Source of the DNA: Octopus sinensis
Lineage: Eukaryota
Reading direction: 5' to 3'
Length of the DNA stretch: 64,000 bases
Assembly (NCBI RefSeq): GCF_006345805.1
Contig: NC_042999.1
Coordinates: 146,506,001-146,570,000 of the forward strand
Shown: piece by piece, positions 10,782-28,680 of the stretch
How the letters are laid out: every line of letters starts with the position of its first letter
Numbering within the stretch: the stretch's first letter is position 1
Position numbers and translations under genes: made by a program
The notes under the pieces: generated by a model
The model's input: only the letters and a program-made list of their open reading frames with translations
Told to the model about the DNA's origin: nothing
The model's database searches: none

Positions 10782-11901
10782 CATGATGTTCGGGATTAAT
10801 TTGGCAGTCTGCATAAAATGAAAAGAAATCAGTTTCCCATCCAAAAATAAAAGTATCTTTTTTAAAAAAATTAATTGTATATCGACTAGGTTATAGCTGG
10901 GCGATAATAGTTTACTCAAAGCAGCCGCCCTCAACTTCCACCATAGCCTCAAGACGGCCCCGGAACCTGACGCGTGCGTTCCTTACTGTGTCCATGTGAA
11001 GATCTTTGAACATCTTGATCTTGGCCATTATCTCGGTCTTGGTGTTGCAGGCAGAGCGGTTGGTGCTTTTCACAACCATACACAACAAATATTAATCCCA
11101 TGGGATTACAATAGGGAAAATTTAGGAGGCCAGAAACTGGGGCAGGTGTAGTCATAGACATACCGCAACAACCACTTCTGACTTTTTCCAGAGTTATGGC
11201 AAGGAACCGAATCCTACTGCCGCACAAACGATCTTCCAGCAGCAATCCAGTAGCAATTCAGGGATTGACTACAGTCTCCAGTAGCTTCACACAGTCGTCT
11301 GAATTGAGCCTAAGGCTATGTCCTGTACTTGGAAGAATCCTAGCGTGCGGACGCAGTCAGAATATGACTATGCCCTTTTCTGCTTACTACGGCTTCATAG
11401 TCGCCATTACAGCTGTTCATGTCACGTCTTACAGCACTGAGCAGCAGTCATGTTGTCGGAATTTTCATACCCGGTGCGAATCATCATGATACAAGTAACT
11501 CTTTTCCAATATCCAAGATGGCTTCCAGTTCTCCATATCAGCTAACGGATCTTTTCGGTTTGAATGGCAGTCTTTTCTAGCGGTGTCATATGAAATTGTC
11601 ACCCATAATTATGACCCTAGTCTCGATCTATTGCATTTCAATCTGTGTTAGGGTTGGTTAGGTTTAGGGGTGGGGGGAAGGGTATCTTTTTTTTCTTCGC
11701 AAATGTAAATAAACCCAATCTGTTTCTTAAACGAGGGACATATTCATACGGCACAGAATGTTTTTTTACCTCAATAGACGTCATTGATTGGTTGAATTGC
11801 AGAAATTCCTTCTTTATGTCCTCCAACGCCGTTGACTGCTCACATTAAGCTGTTCTGAAAAAGGAGACAAAATAATCGCCAAATTTAGCCCGAACACCCT
11901 G
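10782..11901 (-). mobile_element. Tc1/mariner (DD37D/maT-like) internally deleted transposon relic
   Basis: Degenerate TIRs TA|catgatgttcgggattaatttggc ... gccaaatttagcccgaacaccctg; minus strand encodes DSVPCHNSGKSQKWL...SFWPP...CNPM...FRGRLEAMVEVEGGCFE* with stops and frameshifts. Confidence 0.8.
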
Positions 11902-11999
11902 AACAACACGATACTGTAGCCATTTTCGTCAGCTTACTTTCTTTGATTGCTTCTAATTTAGGTACAGTGCCGCAGTCTTGTGGAAAGGAAATAGTACAT

Positions 12000-12700
12000 C
12001 GCTACCAGTGCTTGACTGGTACATTATTTTACTAACGCGAAAGGGATGAAAATAACGAAGTGGACATTGTCAGGATTTGTACTTAGAATGTAAAAAAGCC
12101 GGAAGAAATGCCGCTAAGCAATTTATTCCAATACTCTAAGGATCCTTCCTGCCTTTCTACTGTTCTACTGCCATCATCGCCAATGGTATGATGATGATGA
12201 CGACGACGATTATGATTCTAGTTAAAAGGCCAGCAAGTTTGTAGGGGAGAGGGTTAGTCGAATACAGCGAGTTCAGTACTTGAGTTGGTATTTTTATTTT
12301 ATTCTTTCTTCCCTCCACCCACCCACTCCGCGCCAAAAATATGAAACAAAAAGGATGAAAGGCAAAGTCGGTCTCGGATTCGATTTGATCTCGGGATTTG
12401 AATTCAAAACGTTAAGAGCCAGAGGAAATACCAGCGCAAAGCAATTTTTTTTTATACTGACGGTATAACGATCTACCCACCCAATGCCCGGCTGCCGCAG
12501 CTGCTGGTGATGATGATGATGATATTAGGCACAAGGCTAATAATTTTGAGGTGTTGGGGTGTGATTTGTCAACACCATCAACCTCAGTACTCACCTCGCT
12601 ACTTTTATTCATCAACCCCAAAATGAAAAGCAAAACTGATCTCATGCGATTTGAACTTACAACATGAATAACCGTAACAAACGTTGCCAGGCATTTTTTT
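12000..12700 (-). mobile_element. Cluster of degenerate SINE family B copies
   Basis: Repeated aaggatgaaaggcaaagtcg...atttgaac...ctaagcattt motifs. Confidence 0.6.
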
Positions 12701-12889
12701 TCTTCCAACACTTTATCCGATTCTGCCAGTTTGCTGCCATGACGACGACGATGACGACAATGATGATCCAGGCCTTGAGAAATATGCGTAGTGTACGTGG
12801 ATTGGTTGGTGTGTGTGGGGTGACCCACCTTTTATCTCTTGCTTGTGTCAGTCATTGGACTGCGACCATTCTGGAACACCTCCGCGAAG

Positions 12890-13235
12890 GCTTTAGTCGA
12901 ACAAACCGAGACCAGCACTTATTTTAAGTACTGTATTTATTTTATCAGTATCTTATGCTGAACAGCTAACTTACGAGGACGTAAACAAACCAACACCTGT
13001 TGTCAGGTGCGAGTAGGACAAACACATGCACACGCTTATATATACACACACACACATGCACAATACACACACACATATATATATACACACATACAACGGG
13101 ATTCCATACAGTTTCCATCTACCAAATTTAGTCACAAGTAATTACAATAGTAGGCGTTTGCCCAAAGTTCCGCGTTCTGAGACTGAACCTGAAACCATGT
13201 GGTTTAAAAGCGAGTTTCTTATCCACACTGCTACT
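12890..13235 (-). mobile_element. SINE family A (degenerate)
   Basis: Head gactgaacctgaaaccatgtggtt on the reverse strand, internal CA/TA tract. Confidence 0.65.
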
Positions 13236-13336
13236 TCTGTATCATGCATACTAACGTTTAATCGTTGTCGTTCATTCAGGAACAAGGCCTGATACGATAT
13301 CACCGACTCAACAACCCACCACCCAAACCAGTGATT

Positions 13337-13389
<53 letters not shown>

Positions 13390-13393
<4 letters not shown>

Positions 13394-14650
13394 CTTTCAA
13401 ATTTTGGCACCAGGCCAACAATTTTTACTGGGGATGGGGTTAACCGATCACATCGAAACCCCATTTTCCAATACTTAACTAGTACTTATTTTATCGATGC
13501 CGATTGGATGAAAAGCAAGGTCGACTTCGGCGGAATTTGAACACAGAACGTAAAGAACGGGAAGAAATGCTGCCGAACATTTTGTCCGACGCGCTAACAA
13601 TTCTTTTCTAATCTAAGCACAAGGCCCGAAGTTTTTCTTGAGGGATAGAGCCAGTCAATTATTTCGACCCCAATACGCAACTAGTACTTAATTTATCGAC
13701 CCCGAAAGAATGAAAGGCTAAATCGACGTCGGCGGAATTTGAACTCAGAACGTAAAGATACACGAAATACCGCTACGCATTTTGCCCGGCGTGCTAACGT
13801 TTCTTATTTCTTTATTGCCCACAAGGGGCTAAACATAGAAGAGACAAACGGATTGAGTCGATTACATCGACCCGAGTGCGTAACCGGTACTTAATTTATC
13901 GACCCCGAAAGGACGAAAGGCAAAGTCGAACGTAACGGCAGACGAAATACCGCTAAACATTTCGCCCGTCGTACTAACTAACGTTTCTGCCAGCTCGACG
14001 CCATAGTGATAATTTTTCCTACTATAGGCTCTAGGCCTGGAATTTTGTGTGTGTGATGGTGGTGGAGGGAGAATGGTTCTAGTCGCTTATATCAACCCTT
14101 AGTGGCTGACTGGTACTTATTTTTGTTTCCGACTTCGAAAGGATGAAAGGAAAAGCCAGCATCCACGGAGTGTCAACTTATAACGTAAACAGCTGAAAGA
14201 GATGCCGATAAGCATTTTGTCTGGCGTGCTAACGTTTTTTATTTCTTTACTGCCCACAAGAGGCTACACACAGAGGGGACAAACAAGGACAGACAAACGG
14301 ATTAAGTCGAGTACATCGACCCGAGTGCGTTACTGGTACTTAATTTATCGACCCCGAAAGGATGAAAAGCAAAGTCGACCTCGGCGGAATTTGAACTCAG
14401 AACGTAGCGGCAGACGAAATACCTATTTCTTTACTACCCACAAGGGGCTAAACACAGAGGGGAAGGAACAAGGACAGACAAACAGATTAAGTCGATTATA
14501 TCGACCCCAGTGCGTAACTGGTACTTAATTTATCGACCCCGAAAGGATGAAAGGCAAAGTCGACCTCAGCGGAATTTGAACTCACAACGTAACGGCAGAC
14601 GAAATACCGCTAAGCATTTCGCCGTCGTGCTAACGATTCTGCCAGCTCGC
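13390..14650 (-). mobile_element. Stack of about 5 tandem/nested SINE family B units
   Basis: Repeated tcgaccccgaaaggatgaaaggcaaagtcgacctcggcggaatttgaactcagaacg units joined tail-to-body. Confidence 0.85.
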
Positions 14651-14923
14651 CGCCATTGCTGCCTTAGTGATAACAACAACAACAACAACAACAGCAGCAG
14701 CAGTAATAACAAACTGATTATTACACTCTTAGGCGACATAAATCGATGTCAATCGTTAACCGAAACCGTGCCTCGGATTCGGTTAACCACACTGTACGTT
14801 CACATACTTCATCATCACAACTCGGAGGCTAGTGGGAATAGTTTTCTTCCTTCTTTTCTTTCTTTCTAGGTTCTTTTAAATAAACGTGATTCTGTAACGT
14901 TTCTGCTTTAATATTTACCATAA

Positions 14924-15107
14924 CAGTAGCGTAGCTAGAGCAATGTGTGCCACCAGGGGGTAGCCTTCAGTAGGCTGCTCCCACCCCGCCTCCTCCTACC
15001 TTGATACTAGCTTATACAGCAGCCCCAAAAGTGACACACCCATAAAAAAAAGCGTCATCCGGTGCGGACACCTGCCCCATAGCCACCTCACTTTAGCTAC
15101 ACTACGG
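14924..15107. mobile_element. hAT-type MITE
   Basis: TIR cagtagcgtagcta / tagctacactacgg; 8-bp TSD taccataa / tatcataa (7 of 8 match). Confidence 0.7.
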
Positions 15108-15399
15108 TATCATAAACGAAGTGACCCTAAGGGAAATTATAGCACCAATTATAGCCGGAACCTAGTTCCTCGGGTCTGTGTCGTTTTAATTCTGTTTGTT
15201 TGATGTCAAGGTGACATGTGTGTCTTTAAGGAGACAGTTGTCTTGAAGAAAGGTCAAGTTGATATAAGCAACATTACCTATACGGTTATCTAGTCCAAAG
15301 AATTATTAGTATGTTTAAAAACCACCACCATCGGGGGTTTCTCTATTCCATCACAATCTCCACCACTACAGCTAATTAATACTGTCACTAAGACTACTA

Positions 15400-15433
15400 C
15401 TACCACCAGCACAACTCTACTACCACCACCACC

Positions 15434-15474
<41 letters not shown>

Positions 15475-15865
15475 ATTAATACTATCAATAAAACCATCTC
15501 ACCGCTACATAAACTGTCACTACTACTACTACCTCAACCACTGCCACCAACACAACTACTCCAACATTGACGTTGACATGTTAACCACTACCACCACCCC
15601 TACTACTACAACTATTATATCAACAGTGTCACAGAGACTACCACCACAGCCGCTGTCACTACTACTACTGCTGCTGTTTCTACTATTGCATAAACACTGT
15701 CAATACTAATGCTACCATCATCACTACGACTGCTACAAGTACATCTCAACTACTTTATCGCGTTCAATGACAACATACACACGATACCGCTAACATTATC
15801 AACAATCGTTGTTTTCTGACCCCTTTCCCGCCACAACCAGCACGTCACCTGCACTAGCATTACAC

Positions 15866-15898
<33 letters not shown>

Positions 15899-15950
15899 AT
15901 CTCAATACAACTACTAATACCACTACTACTACCGCTACTACTAATCTCAA

Positions 15951-15987
<37 letters not shown>

Positions 15988-16200
15988 GCTAGTACTACTA
16001 CTGCTACTACTACTAGTACTATTACTACTACCGCTATTACTAATCTCAATACAACTACTACTACTACTACTACTGCTACTACAATATTATCAGTGCTAGA
16101 TATACCATTGTGAATATCGCTGCTGCTGCTACTACTATTACAGTACCACCAATGTCAGATATAACGCTATGACCACTACTACTACTACATTACTTCTAAG
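15400..16200. repeat. (ACT)n/(ACC)n low-complexity tract
   Basis: Direct reading. Confidence 0.95.
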
Positions 16201-16224
16201 CACCGTTACCAACACCTGTACAAC

Positions 16225-16455
16225 CGCAAGGCGGCGAAGCTGGCAGAAGTGTTAGCGCACCAGACAAAATGCTTAGCAGCATTTCTTCCGGCTCTTTAAA
16301 CGTTCCAGGTTTAAATTCTGCCGAGGTCGACTTGGCCTTTCATCTCTCTCTTTTTTTCGGTAGTGGTGGAGGGGTCGATAAAATAAGTACCAGTTCAGCT
16401 CTCTGGGGACTTCCCACTCTCCCTTCAAAATTGCTGGCCTTCAGCCACAATTAGA
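16225..16455 (+). mobile_element. SINE family B
   Basis: ggcggcgaagctggcagaagtgttagc head and body. Confidence 0.75.
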
Positions 16456-16534
16456 AAGAAATACTGCTACTATTGCTGTAGGGCCAAGCTACGACAATAC
16501 CGTTGATTATCGCACCTTCAACCGAGCGAGGGTA

Positions 16535-16716
16535 CCGTATTTTAACGTGTATAAGGAACCATTTTTTTTTTTGACAAAAATTAGGTTAAAAAATATTGGA
16601 GTTTCTTATATATGGATAGTATTATAATCCCTTTCAAAACCTTTTTTCCAAATTTTAAGCCCTCAAAATTAGGGTTTCCTTATGCACGAGGGTTCCTTAT
16701 ACACGTTAAAATACGT
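16535..16716. mobile_element. Tc1/mariner-superfamily MITE
   Basis: TIR TA|ccgtattttaacgtgtataaggaacc ... ggttccttatacacgttaaaatacgt|TA. Confidence 0.85.
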
Positions 16717-16796
16717 TATATTGCGAAGAGGTTAGCATCAAAGATATAGATTAAGTTTGAGAATGTGTGTATATCTTTTATCGTTTACTTGTCTCA

Positions 16797-17192
16797 GGTG
16801 TAGGAATGGCTGTGTGGTAAGTAGCTTGCTTACCAGCCACATGGTTCTGGGTTCAGTCTCACTGCGTTGCATCTTGGGCAAGTGTTTTCTGCTATAACCT
16901 CGGGCGGACAAAAGCCTTGTGAGTGGATTTGGTTGACGGAAACTGAAAAGAAGCCCGTCGTATATATGTATATATGCGTATGTTTGTGTGTCTGTGTTTG
17001 TCTTCCCAACATCGCTTGACAACCGATGCTAGTGTGTTTACGTCCCCGTAAGCGGTTCGGCAAAAGAGACCGATAGAATAAGTACTAGGCTTACAAAGAA
17101 TAAGTCCTGGCGTTGATTTGCTCAACTAAAGGGGTGCTCCAGCATGGTCGCAGTCAAATGACTGAAACAAGTTGAAGAGTAAAGAGTAAAAG
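16797..17192 (+). mobile_element. SINE family A, full length
   Basis: Head, microsatellite, tail ending gactgaaacaagttgaagagtaaagagtaaaa. Confidence 0.88.
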
Positions 17193-18099
17193 TTGGGAGA
17201 GGAGTTTCGGTAAATTCACACGAGTCAGCTTTGTTTCCTCCTCACAACTGTCAGAAAAATGGGTATTTTCTTTTTGTTTTGTTTTTTTTTTAGAATTTTC
17301 TAAAGACACCTTTCTGATGGTGTGGATTAGGATTATATCGGAATTATGAAAAGAAAAAAATTACGGTCTTGCACACATTCTCACTCACGGACGGACTGAG
17401 CCGCCGGTCAATCGGGCACTGCCCGAAGGTTCGGAGCTTCGAGGGACCCGCACTCTACATGTTAACTCTACTAAAATACACATTCAAAGGAGCCTGGTAA
17501 ACAGTTATGCCTGAGGGTCCTTAATACTCTCAGTCCGCCCCTTTCACATGACATATATCTACAAAATGAAACTTGAAATTTCGAAAAAAACTTGTTATTT
17601 ATGTCAGTATGTATGCGTGTGTCCAACAGTTTTATTTTCACACGTATGTATGCCTCCATGTATGTGTGTGCGAGAGAGAGGGAGAGAGTTACCAGATCTC
17701 TTCAGCCCAGCTCATTGTGTTTAATTATATATTGAATATACGTGTGCACGTACATGCGGACATATATTAATGTATGTGTGTGTGTGTGTGTGTGTGTGCG
17801 CGAGAGAGAGCGAGAGAGTTACCATATTTCTTCCGCCCTATTCATTGTAAGAATGCATTGAGTTATGCATGTGCACGTACGTGTGGATAAATATAGATTT
17901 ATGTATCTGTGTGTGTGCTTGTGTGTGTGTGTGTGTGCGTGCGTCTGTATGTGTGCGTATAAGCGGACTTGGCAGCGTTGTATTCGCAGATATGTATGTG
18001 TACACACACCTCAATAATCATCAGTGTATGTATTTTTATGAGAATGCGCTTTACGGATCATGTGAAATTTCTTCCGGCCACTTGAATTTTTTACGAACT

Positions 18100-18153
18100 T
18101 TCATCGGGATAGTCAACTATATAGGCCCAGTGCTTGACTGGTATTTATTTCAT

Positions 18154-18205
<52 letters not shown>

Positions 18206-18650
18206 GACAGGCTTCTTTCAGTTTCTGTCTACCAAATCCACTCACAAAGGCTTTGGTCGGCCCGAGGCTATAGTAGAAGCCTCTTGCCCAAGGTGCCACG
18301 CAGTGGGACTGAACTCGGAACCATGTGGTTCATAATCAAGCTACTTACCACACAGCCACTCCTACGCCTATAGGATGAAAGGCAAAATCGACCTCGGCAG
18401 AATTTGAAATCAGAACATAAAACACACGAAATACCTATTTCTTTACTACCCACAAGGGGCTAAACACGGAGAGGACAAACAAGGACAGACAAAAGGATTA
18501 AGTCGACTACATCGACCCCAGTGCGTAACTGGTACTTATTTAATCGACACCGAAAGGATGAACGGCAAAGTTGACCTCGGCGGAACATAAAGACAGACGA
18601 AATACCGCTAAGCATTTCGTCCGGCGTGCTAACGTTTCTGCCAGCTCAAA
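18100..18650 (-). mobile_element. Nested SINE fragments (family A head inside family B units)
   Basis: Family A 18205-18370 between family B segments. Confidence 0.7.
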
Positions 18651-18980
18651 AAATTCCACCTTTAAAGAAGAGCTGTTACATTACTTAACAGAAAAAAAGT
18701 TACAATCAAGCACCATTATCTAAAAGAGCATAACCTTAGATAACATGTATTACCCTACTTTATAAGAATGGTCTGTATAGGTGTCTCAGTAAATCAAACA
18801 CCAATGTAATGCAATAGTGAACTGATGTCAAGAAGATTGATGACAGTTTTATTTATAATAAATTAAAATGCAACTATTCAAATGAAATTAAATATTAAAT
18901 TCTTTTCTTACTTTTGAGAATATTATCATCACACGCAGTACACTTTAGATATATAAATATACTTTTATATATATATATAT

Positions 18981-23852
<4,872 letters not shown>

Positions 23853-23853
23853 A

Positions 23854-23889
<36 letters not shown>

Positions 23890-23925
23890 TGTATGTATGT
23901 ATGTATGTACGTACATGTATACAGA

Positions 23926-23956
<31 letters not shown>

Positions 23957-23971
23957 CACATACTTATATAT

Positions 23972-24063
<92 letters not shown>

Positions 24064-24220
24064 AGGCATAGACACACACACACATATATGAACACACCAG
24101 CACATATTAGTATAATAGTTTATGACAGCTGTCAAGTGTGTGCGTGTGTGTGTGTTCATGTGTGTGTGTGTGTGTGTGCGTGTGCGTGCGTGCGTGTGTG
24201 TGTGTGTGTCTGTGTGTATG
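23853..24220. repeat. Compound (TATG)n/(CA)n/(TA)n/(GT)n microsatellites
   Basis: Direct reading. Confidence 0.95.
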
Positions 24221-24497
24221 AATATGTTGTTTTGAAGCAGTGTTATTTTTGTGTCAAAACATTTTTTATTTCTTTTTATACAGAATACGGTCAGCTATAT
24301 GTATATATTGTTTCAAATGGATTTAAGGGTGGGGTCAAGAATTCTATTAAACTGAATGCTAAATTCCTTCTCTGTTGAAAATATGGTTAGCTGCGTGTAT
24401 GTATTGTGTTAAATGGAATTTAAGAATGGTCAACAATTTTATTGAAAGATTTGGAAGGAATTGTTCTTCATTTATTTTGTGGCAGTGTGCGTGTGTA

Positions 24498-24534
<37 letters not shown>

Positions 24535-24689
24535 GCGTGCGTATTTTGTTTGTTGGGAATATGTTGCCCTGAGGAATGAATCACTTTCGTGTCAAAAATT
24601 CTACTGAACTGAATGATAGAATTCCCTATGAGTATTTGAGTAAACTATAGATCTTTATCTATTGGTTATTGGCTGATATATACATATTT

Positions 24690-24960
24690 AACTGTGGTTT
24701 ATATTCGTTGATGAATGTTTTTTCTTTATGTAATCTCTGTTGTGGCGTGAAAAGGTTTGAGCACTCGTAGAGGGGGAAAGATTTTAAAGTTGGATAAGTT
24801 CATTCTTGCACAATCTGCAATGTGATTACTTAAGGGAATTTTCCTTGCATTCTCGTCTCGCATCTGTTGGCGGTGAATCGTCATTCTTTTGCGTAATGAT
24901 ACACCCCTCTGTCCTATGTAATTTTGCTGGCATTCACTGCATGTTATTACGTTAAATCTA
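24690..24960 (-). pseudogene. Penelope-like element GIY-YIG endonuclease fragment
   Basis: Minus translation ITCSECQQNYIGQRGVSLRKRMTIHRQQMRD...IPLSNHI...FKIFP; adjoins an (ATT)n tract. Confidence 0.8.
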
Positions 24961-24961
24961 C

Positions 24962-25001
<40 letters not shown>

Positions 25002-25096
25002 GTTAAATCTACGTGGGTCAGGCCAGAACAATGCGAAGTAATTGCAAGGCAAATCACAAGGAAACAAATATATGAATTAATGTAGACTCACCTTGC

Positions 25097-25134
25097 ATTC
25101 AATATTTCGGGGTTATGATCCCATCCTCAGGAAA
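25097..25134 (-). ncRNA. Minimal hammerhead motif (Penelope-associated, degenerate)
   Basis: Reverse strand tttc-CTGAGGA-t-ggg-atcataa-ccc-C-GAAA-TATT-gaat. Confidence 0.45.
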
Positions 25135-25177
25135 TTAACGAATGTTGCAGATGTGCGTGTGCGTGAATGTGTGTGTA

Positions 25178-25213
<36 letters not shown>

Positions 25214-25280
25214 AATATAAAAGGTATCTTTATGTCTAACCAGCGTAACGTGAATGTTTTGTTAGAACACCGAGTGGTGA

Positions 25281-25440
25281 GTAATTTACCTTGAGAGGAC
25301 CTCTCATATGGATGGACTCATGGTGCATAAAAGCACTCATTTATATTTAAATTGTTGGTAAACAAAAATCACCTGTTACAGGCGCCGAATGTTTTTATGC
25401 CCTATGCGTCAATATGAGAGGTAATCTCAAGGAAAATTAC
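25281..25440. mobile_element. Degenerate inverted-repeat element (MITE-like)
   Basis: gtaatttaccttgagaggacctctcatat vs atatgagaggtaatctcaaggaaaattac. Confidence 0.5.
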
Positions 25441-25449
25441 ACAGTATTA

Positions 25450-25977
25450 CCGTAATTCCTCGAGTATAGTCCGCCCTTGAGTATAATATGCAGGGAATTT
25501 TTAGGAGGCTGTACCTCTGAAAACCCTAAACCTTGTGTATAATACGCACCCGTTCTCTAGAGTCGTGCGTAATTAAGACAGCAGCACCTAGTCGAATAAA
25601 CACTTCCGAGCATGCGTAATACAATAACGGTGATGTTCTTAACTGTTATATGGGAATGTAAATATGTTTGCAAATTGTTTTTGTTACATGTTATTCTGTG
25701 TTCTGAATACTTTTATTTTAATAAATGTTGCTTACTGCAAGTTATGGATGATTCTTTTATGGTTTCATTGCTTTCAGGCTCAGCTTAATATATTTTCGCG
25801 CCCGACATCTCAAAATGCGTCTGAATAAACATTGCTAGACAGTAGAGACTCAGACATTGCTTAGAAAATATTTTCCATTTTTAACCTCGTATATCTCCAC
25901 GTGGCTCTACGCACTAGAGATTTTGACCGTTACATTTTGGGGGTGGGGAAATGCGGATTATACTCGAGGATTTAAGG
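25450..25977. mobile_element. Tc1/mariner-superfamily (pogo/Tc2-like) MITE
   Basis: TA|ccgtaattcctcgagtatagtccgc ... gcggattatactcgaggatttaagg|TA. Confidence 0.85.
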
Positions 25978-26073
25978 TAGTTGTTCTAACAAAACACCCA
26001 CGTAAGTTGGACATAAAAATTGTCTACTGGTATTAATATCGCTTCTGTTGCTATTAATTATCATATGTGTGTG

Positions 26074-26245
26074 TGTACGCGCGCGCGCGCCTGTGTGTGT
26101 GCGCGCCTGTGTGTGTGCGCGCCTGTGTATGTGCGCGCCTGTGTGTGCGCGCCTGTGTGTGTGTGCGCCTGTGTGTGTGCGCGCCTGTGTGTGTGCGCGC
26201 CTGTGTGTGTGCACCTGTGTGTGAGTGCGCCTGTGTGTGTGTGTG
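26074..26245. repeat. Minisatellite (gcgcgcctgtgtgtgt)n
   Basis: About 10 copies of a 14-16-bp unit. Confidence 0.9.
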
Positions 26246-26454
26246 TCTTACACTGCTTCACAGCTGGTGTCGAACAAATCGACCCCAGGACTTATTCATT
26301 GTAAGCCTAGTACTTATTCTATCGGTCTCTTTTGCCGAATCACTAAGTTACGGGGACGTAAACACTCCAACATCGGTTTCAAGCGATGGTGGGGTGACAA
26401 ACACAGACACACAAATGAATACATACATACATATACATATATATATCACCGTCA

Positions 26455-26751
26455 TCACCGTGACCGACCAGGCTATCAGATGTTGCTACACATCGCTGAT
26501 CACAATGTGCTTCGCATTGTTTTAGCCTTCAAATGACGCGACCCCGCTGGCGGGGCGAGCAGGCCAACAGAAGAAAGAGTGAGAGAAAGTTGTGGCGAAA
26601 GAGTACGGCAGGGATCGTCACCCCCCTGCTGGAGCCACGTGGAGATTTAGGTGTTTTCGCTCAATAAACACTCACAACGCCCGGTCTGGGAATCGAAACC
26701 GCGATCCTACGACCGCGAGTCCGCTGCTCTAACCACTGGGCCATTGCGCCT

Positions 26752-26753
<2 letters not shown>
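26455..26753 (-). mobile_element. SINE family C with tail type a, following a family A tail fragment (26250-26430)
   Basis: Homologous to 9640-9940. Confidence 0.85.
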
Positions 26754-26804
<51 letters not shown>

Positions 26805-26893
26805 CATATATATATAAGTGTCTTCTACTATAGCCTCAAACCAACCAAAGCCTTATGAGAGTATTTTGTAGACAGAAACTGAAAGAACCCCAT

Positions 26894-26949
<56 letters not shown>

Positions 26950-26950
<1 letters not shown>

Positions 26951-28229
26951 TAGCATTAAAGACCCGTCGTTGCCGGATCATAGTGCTAGTGCATGTATAT
27001 ATGTGTATATATATGTGTACATATTACATGTACGTCTATATATGTACATTTACACATAAAACACAAAATACAAAGTTATATCTTGATATCGCTAGTGATA
27101 ACAATACTCAAAATATATAACAGACAGGAATTGTTAGCCCGTCTCTTGTAATTTCGATCAATTGTATCTTGTCCTCCAGTCTACCTCTACTTGTGGGGGG
27201 GGGGGGGGGCATTTAAAATTTTTTTCCGGGACGTCCTACGTCCCAGATATAAAGGTAAAAATAAAATATTTCCACTTTGCAAGTCCGAGTCGAGTACTCC
27301 CTTGCTTCTATTGTGGCGAATTTACCGCCTCTGATTAGATACCTTTCATAGTCGCACCAAGACACTTTTCGAAGGTGCTTTCCTCCATGTGTTCAAATCT
27401 TCTTTTTTCTCTACATTGTATACTTTATAGACAATAGCTTTTTCTTTAATTTAATTTTTTATTATCCATCTGGACTATTCCATTTCTGCACGCTAATTTT
27501 ATTTTTAATTTATTCCCATTCAAGTTCAAGTCATTGATGCAATTTTATATCAATTGCTATTTTTACTTTTGTTATGTTACGATTATATTATACTTTAGTT
27601 TGATTTTAATTATTACTTACTACATATAATTCAATTGTTATTATTATTTTTATTGTTAAAGTGAAAGTATCTGACATAAAATGGAGAAACGTTTTTGTTT
27701 CACTTTTAACACGTAGTACTGAAATAGTGGAGAAGATATGATATTGCTATGGGCTCGCTCTAGGCAAGAAGTTGAACATTTATTTTGCCCATGAAACTAC
27801 ATGGACCCTGAGTAAGGCATATGTAAAATTTGAATGGAACTGGTTGTGTAGTTCTCAAGTTTTAGGGAATCGTAGTGGAGAAGATATGATATTGCTGTGG
27901 GCTCGCCCTAGGCAAAAAGTTCAAACTTTTTTTGCCGATGACACCCTCCGGACCCTAAGTAAGGCATGTGTAAAATTTGAATGGAACTGGTTGTGTAGTT
28001 CTCAAGTTTTAGGGAATCGTAGTGGAGAAGATATGATATTGCTGTGGGCTCGCCCTAGGCAAAAAGTTCAAAATTTTTTTGCCGATGACACCCTCCGGAC
28101 CCTAAGTAAGGCATGTGTAAAATTTGAATGAAATTGGTTGTGTAGTTCTCAAGTTTTAGGGAAACACACACACAGACAAATAGACAGACAGACACACACA
28201 CATTCTCAGTTTTATATATATAATAAAGA
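26950..28229 (-). mobile_element. Non-autonomous Helitron with internal tandem repeats of about 123 bp (27720-28160)
   Basis: Reverse strand starts A|TCtttattatatatataaaactgagaatg, ends hairpin cccgtcgttgccgg plus CTAG|T in (TA)n. Confidence 0.8.
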
Positions 28230-28230
28230 T

Positions 28231-28680
28231 AGTCGTTGCCCTGCAGCCATGCTGGAGTGTGACATGAAAGATCTAGGCGAACAAATCCCCCAATATTTAT
28301 ATTTCTAACGTCTGGTAGCTTATTCTATTGGTTGCTTTTACCCACAACAGTTATATTACGGGGATGTAATTGATGCAGGAATGGCTGTGTGGTAAGAAGC
28401 TTGCTTCCCAACCACATGGTTCCGGGTTTGGTCTCACTGTGTGGAACCTTGGGTAAGTGTCTTCTGGGGTTCTTTCAGTTTTTGTCTACAAAATCCTCTC
28501 ATAAGGCTTTGGTTGGTTTGAGGCTATAGTAGAAGACTGTTGTGGGTAAAAGCAACCGATAGAATAAGCTACCAGACGTTAGAAATATAAATATTGGGGG
28601 ATTTGTTCGCCTAGATCTTTCATGTCACACTCCAGCATGGCTGCAGGGCAACGACTGGAAGAAGTAAAAGATAAAGTGTA
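28231..28680. mobile_element. Rearranged SINE family A with 121-bp inverted duplication
   Basis: 28231-28351 is the reverse complement of about 28536-28656 with one mismatch seen. Confidence 0.8.

Noticed and set aside
15750-16099. Hydrophobic poly-V/poly-L ORFs (also 48755-48967 and 51094-51499)
   Set aside because: Trinucleotide low-complexity artefacts
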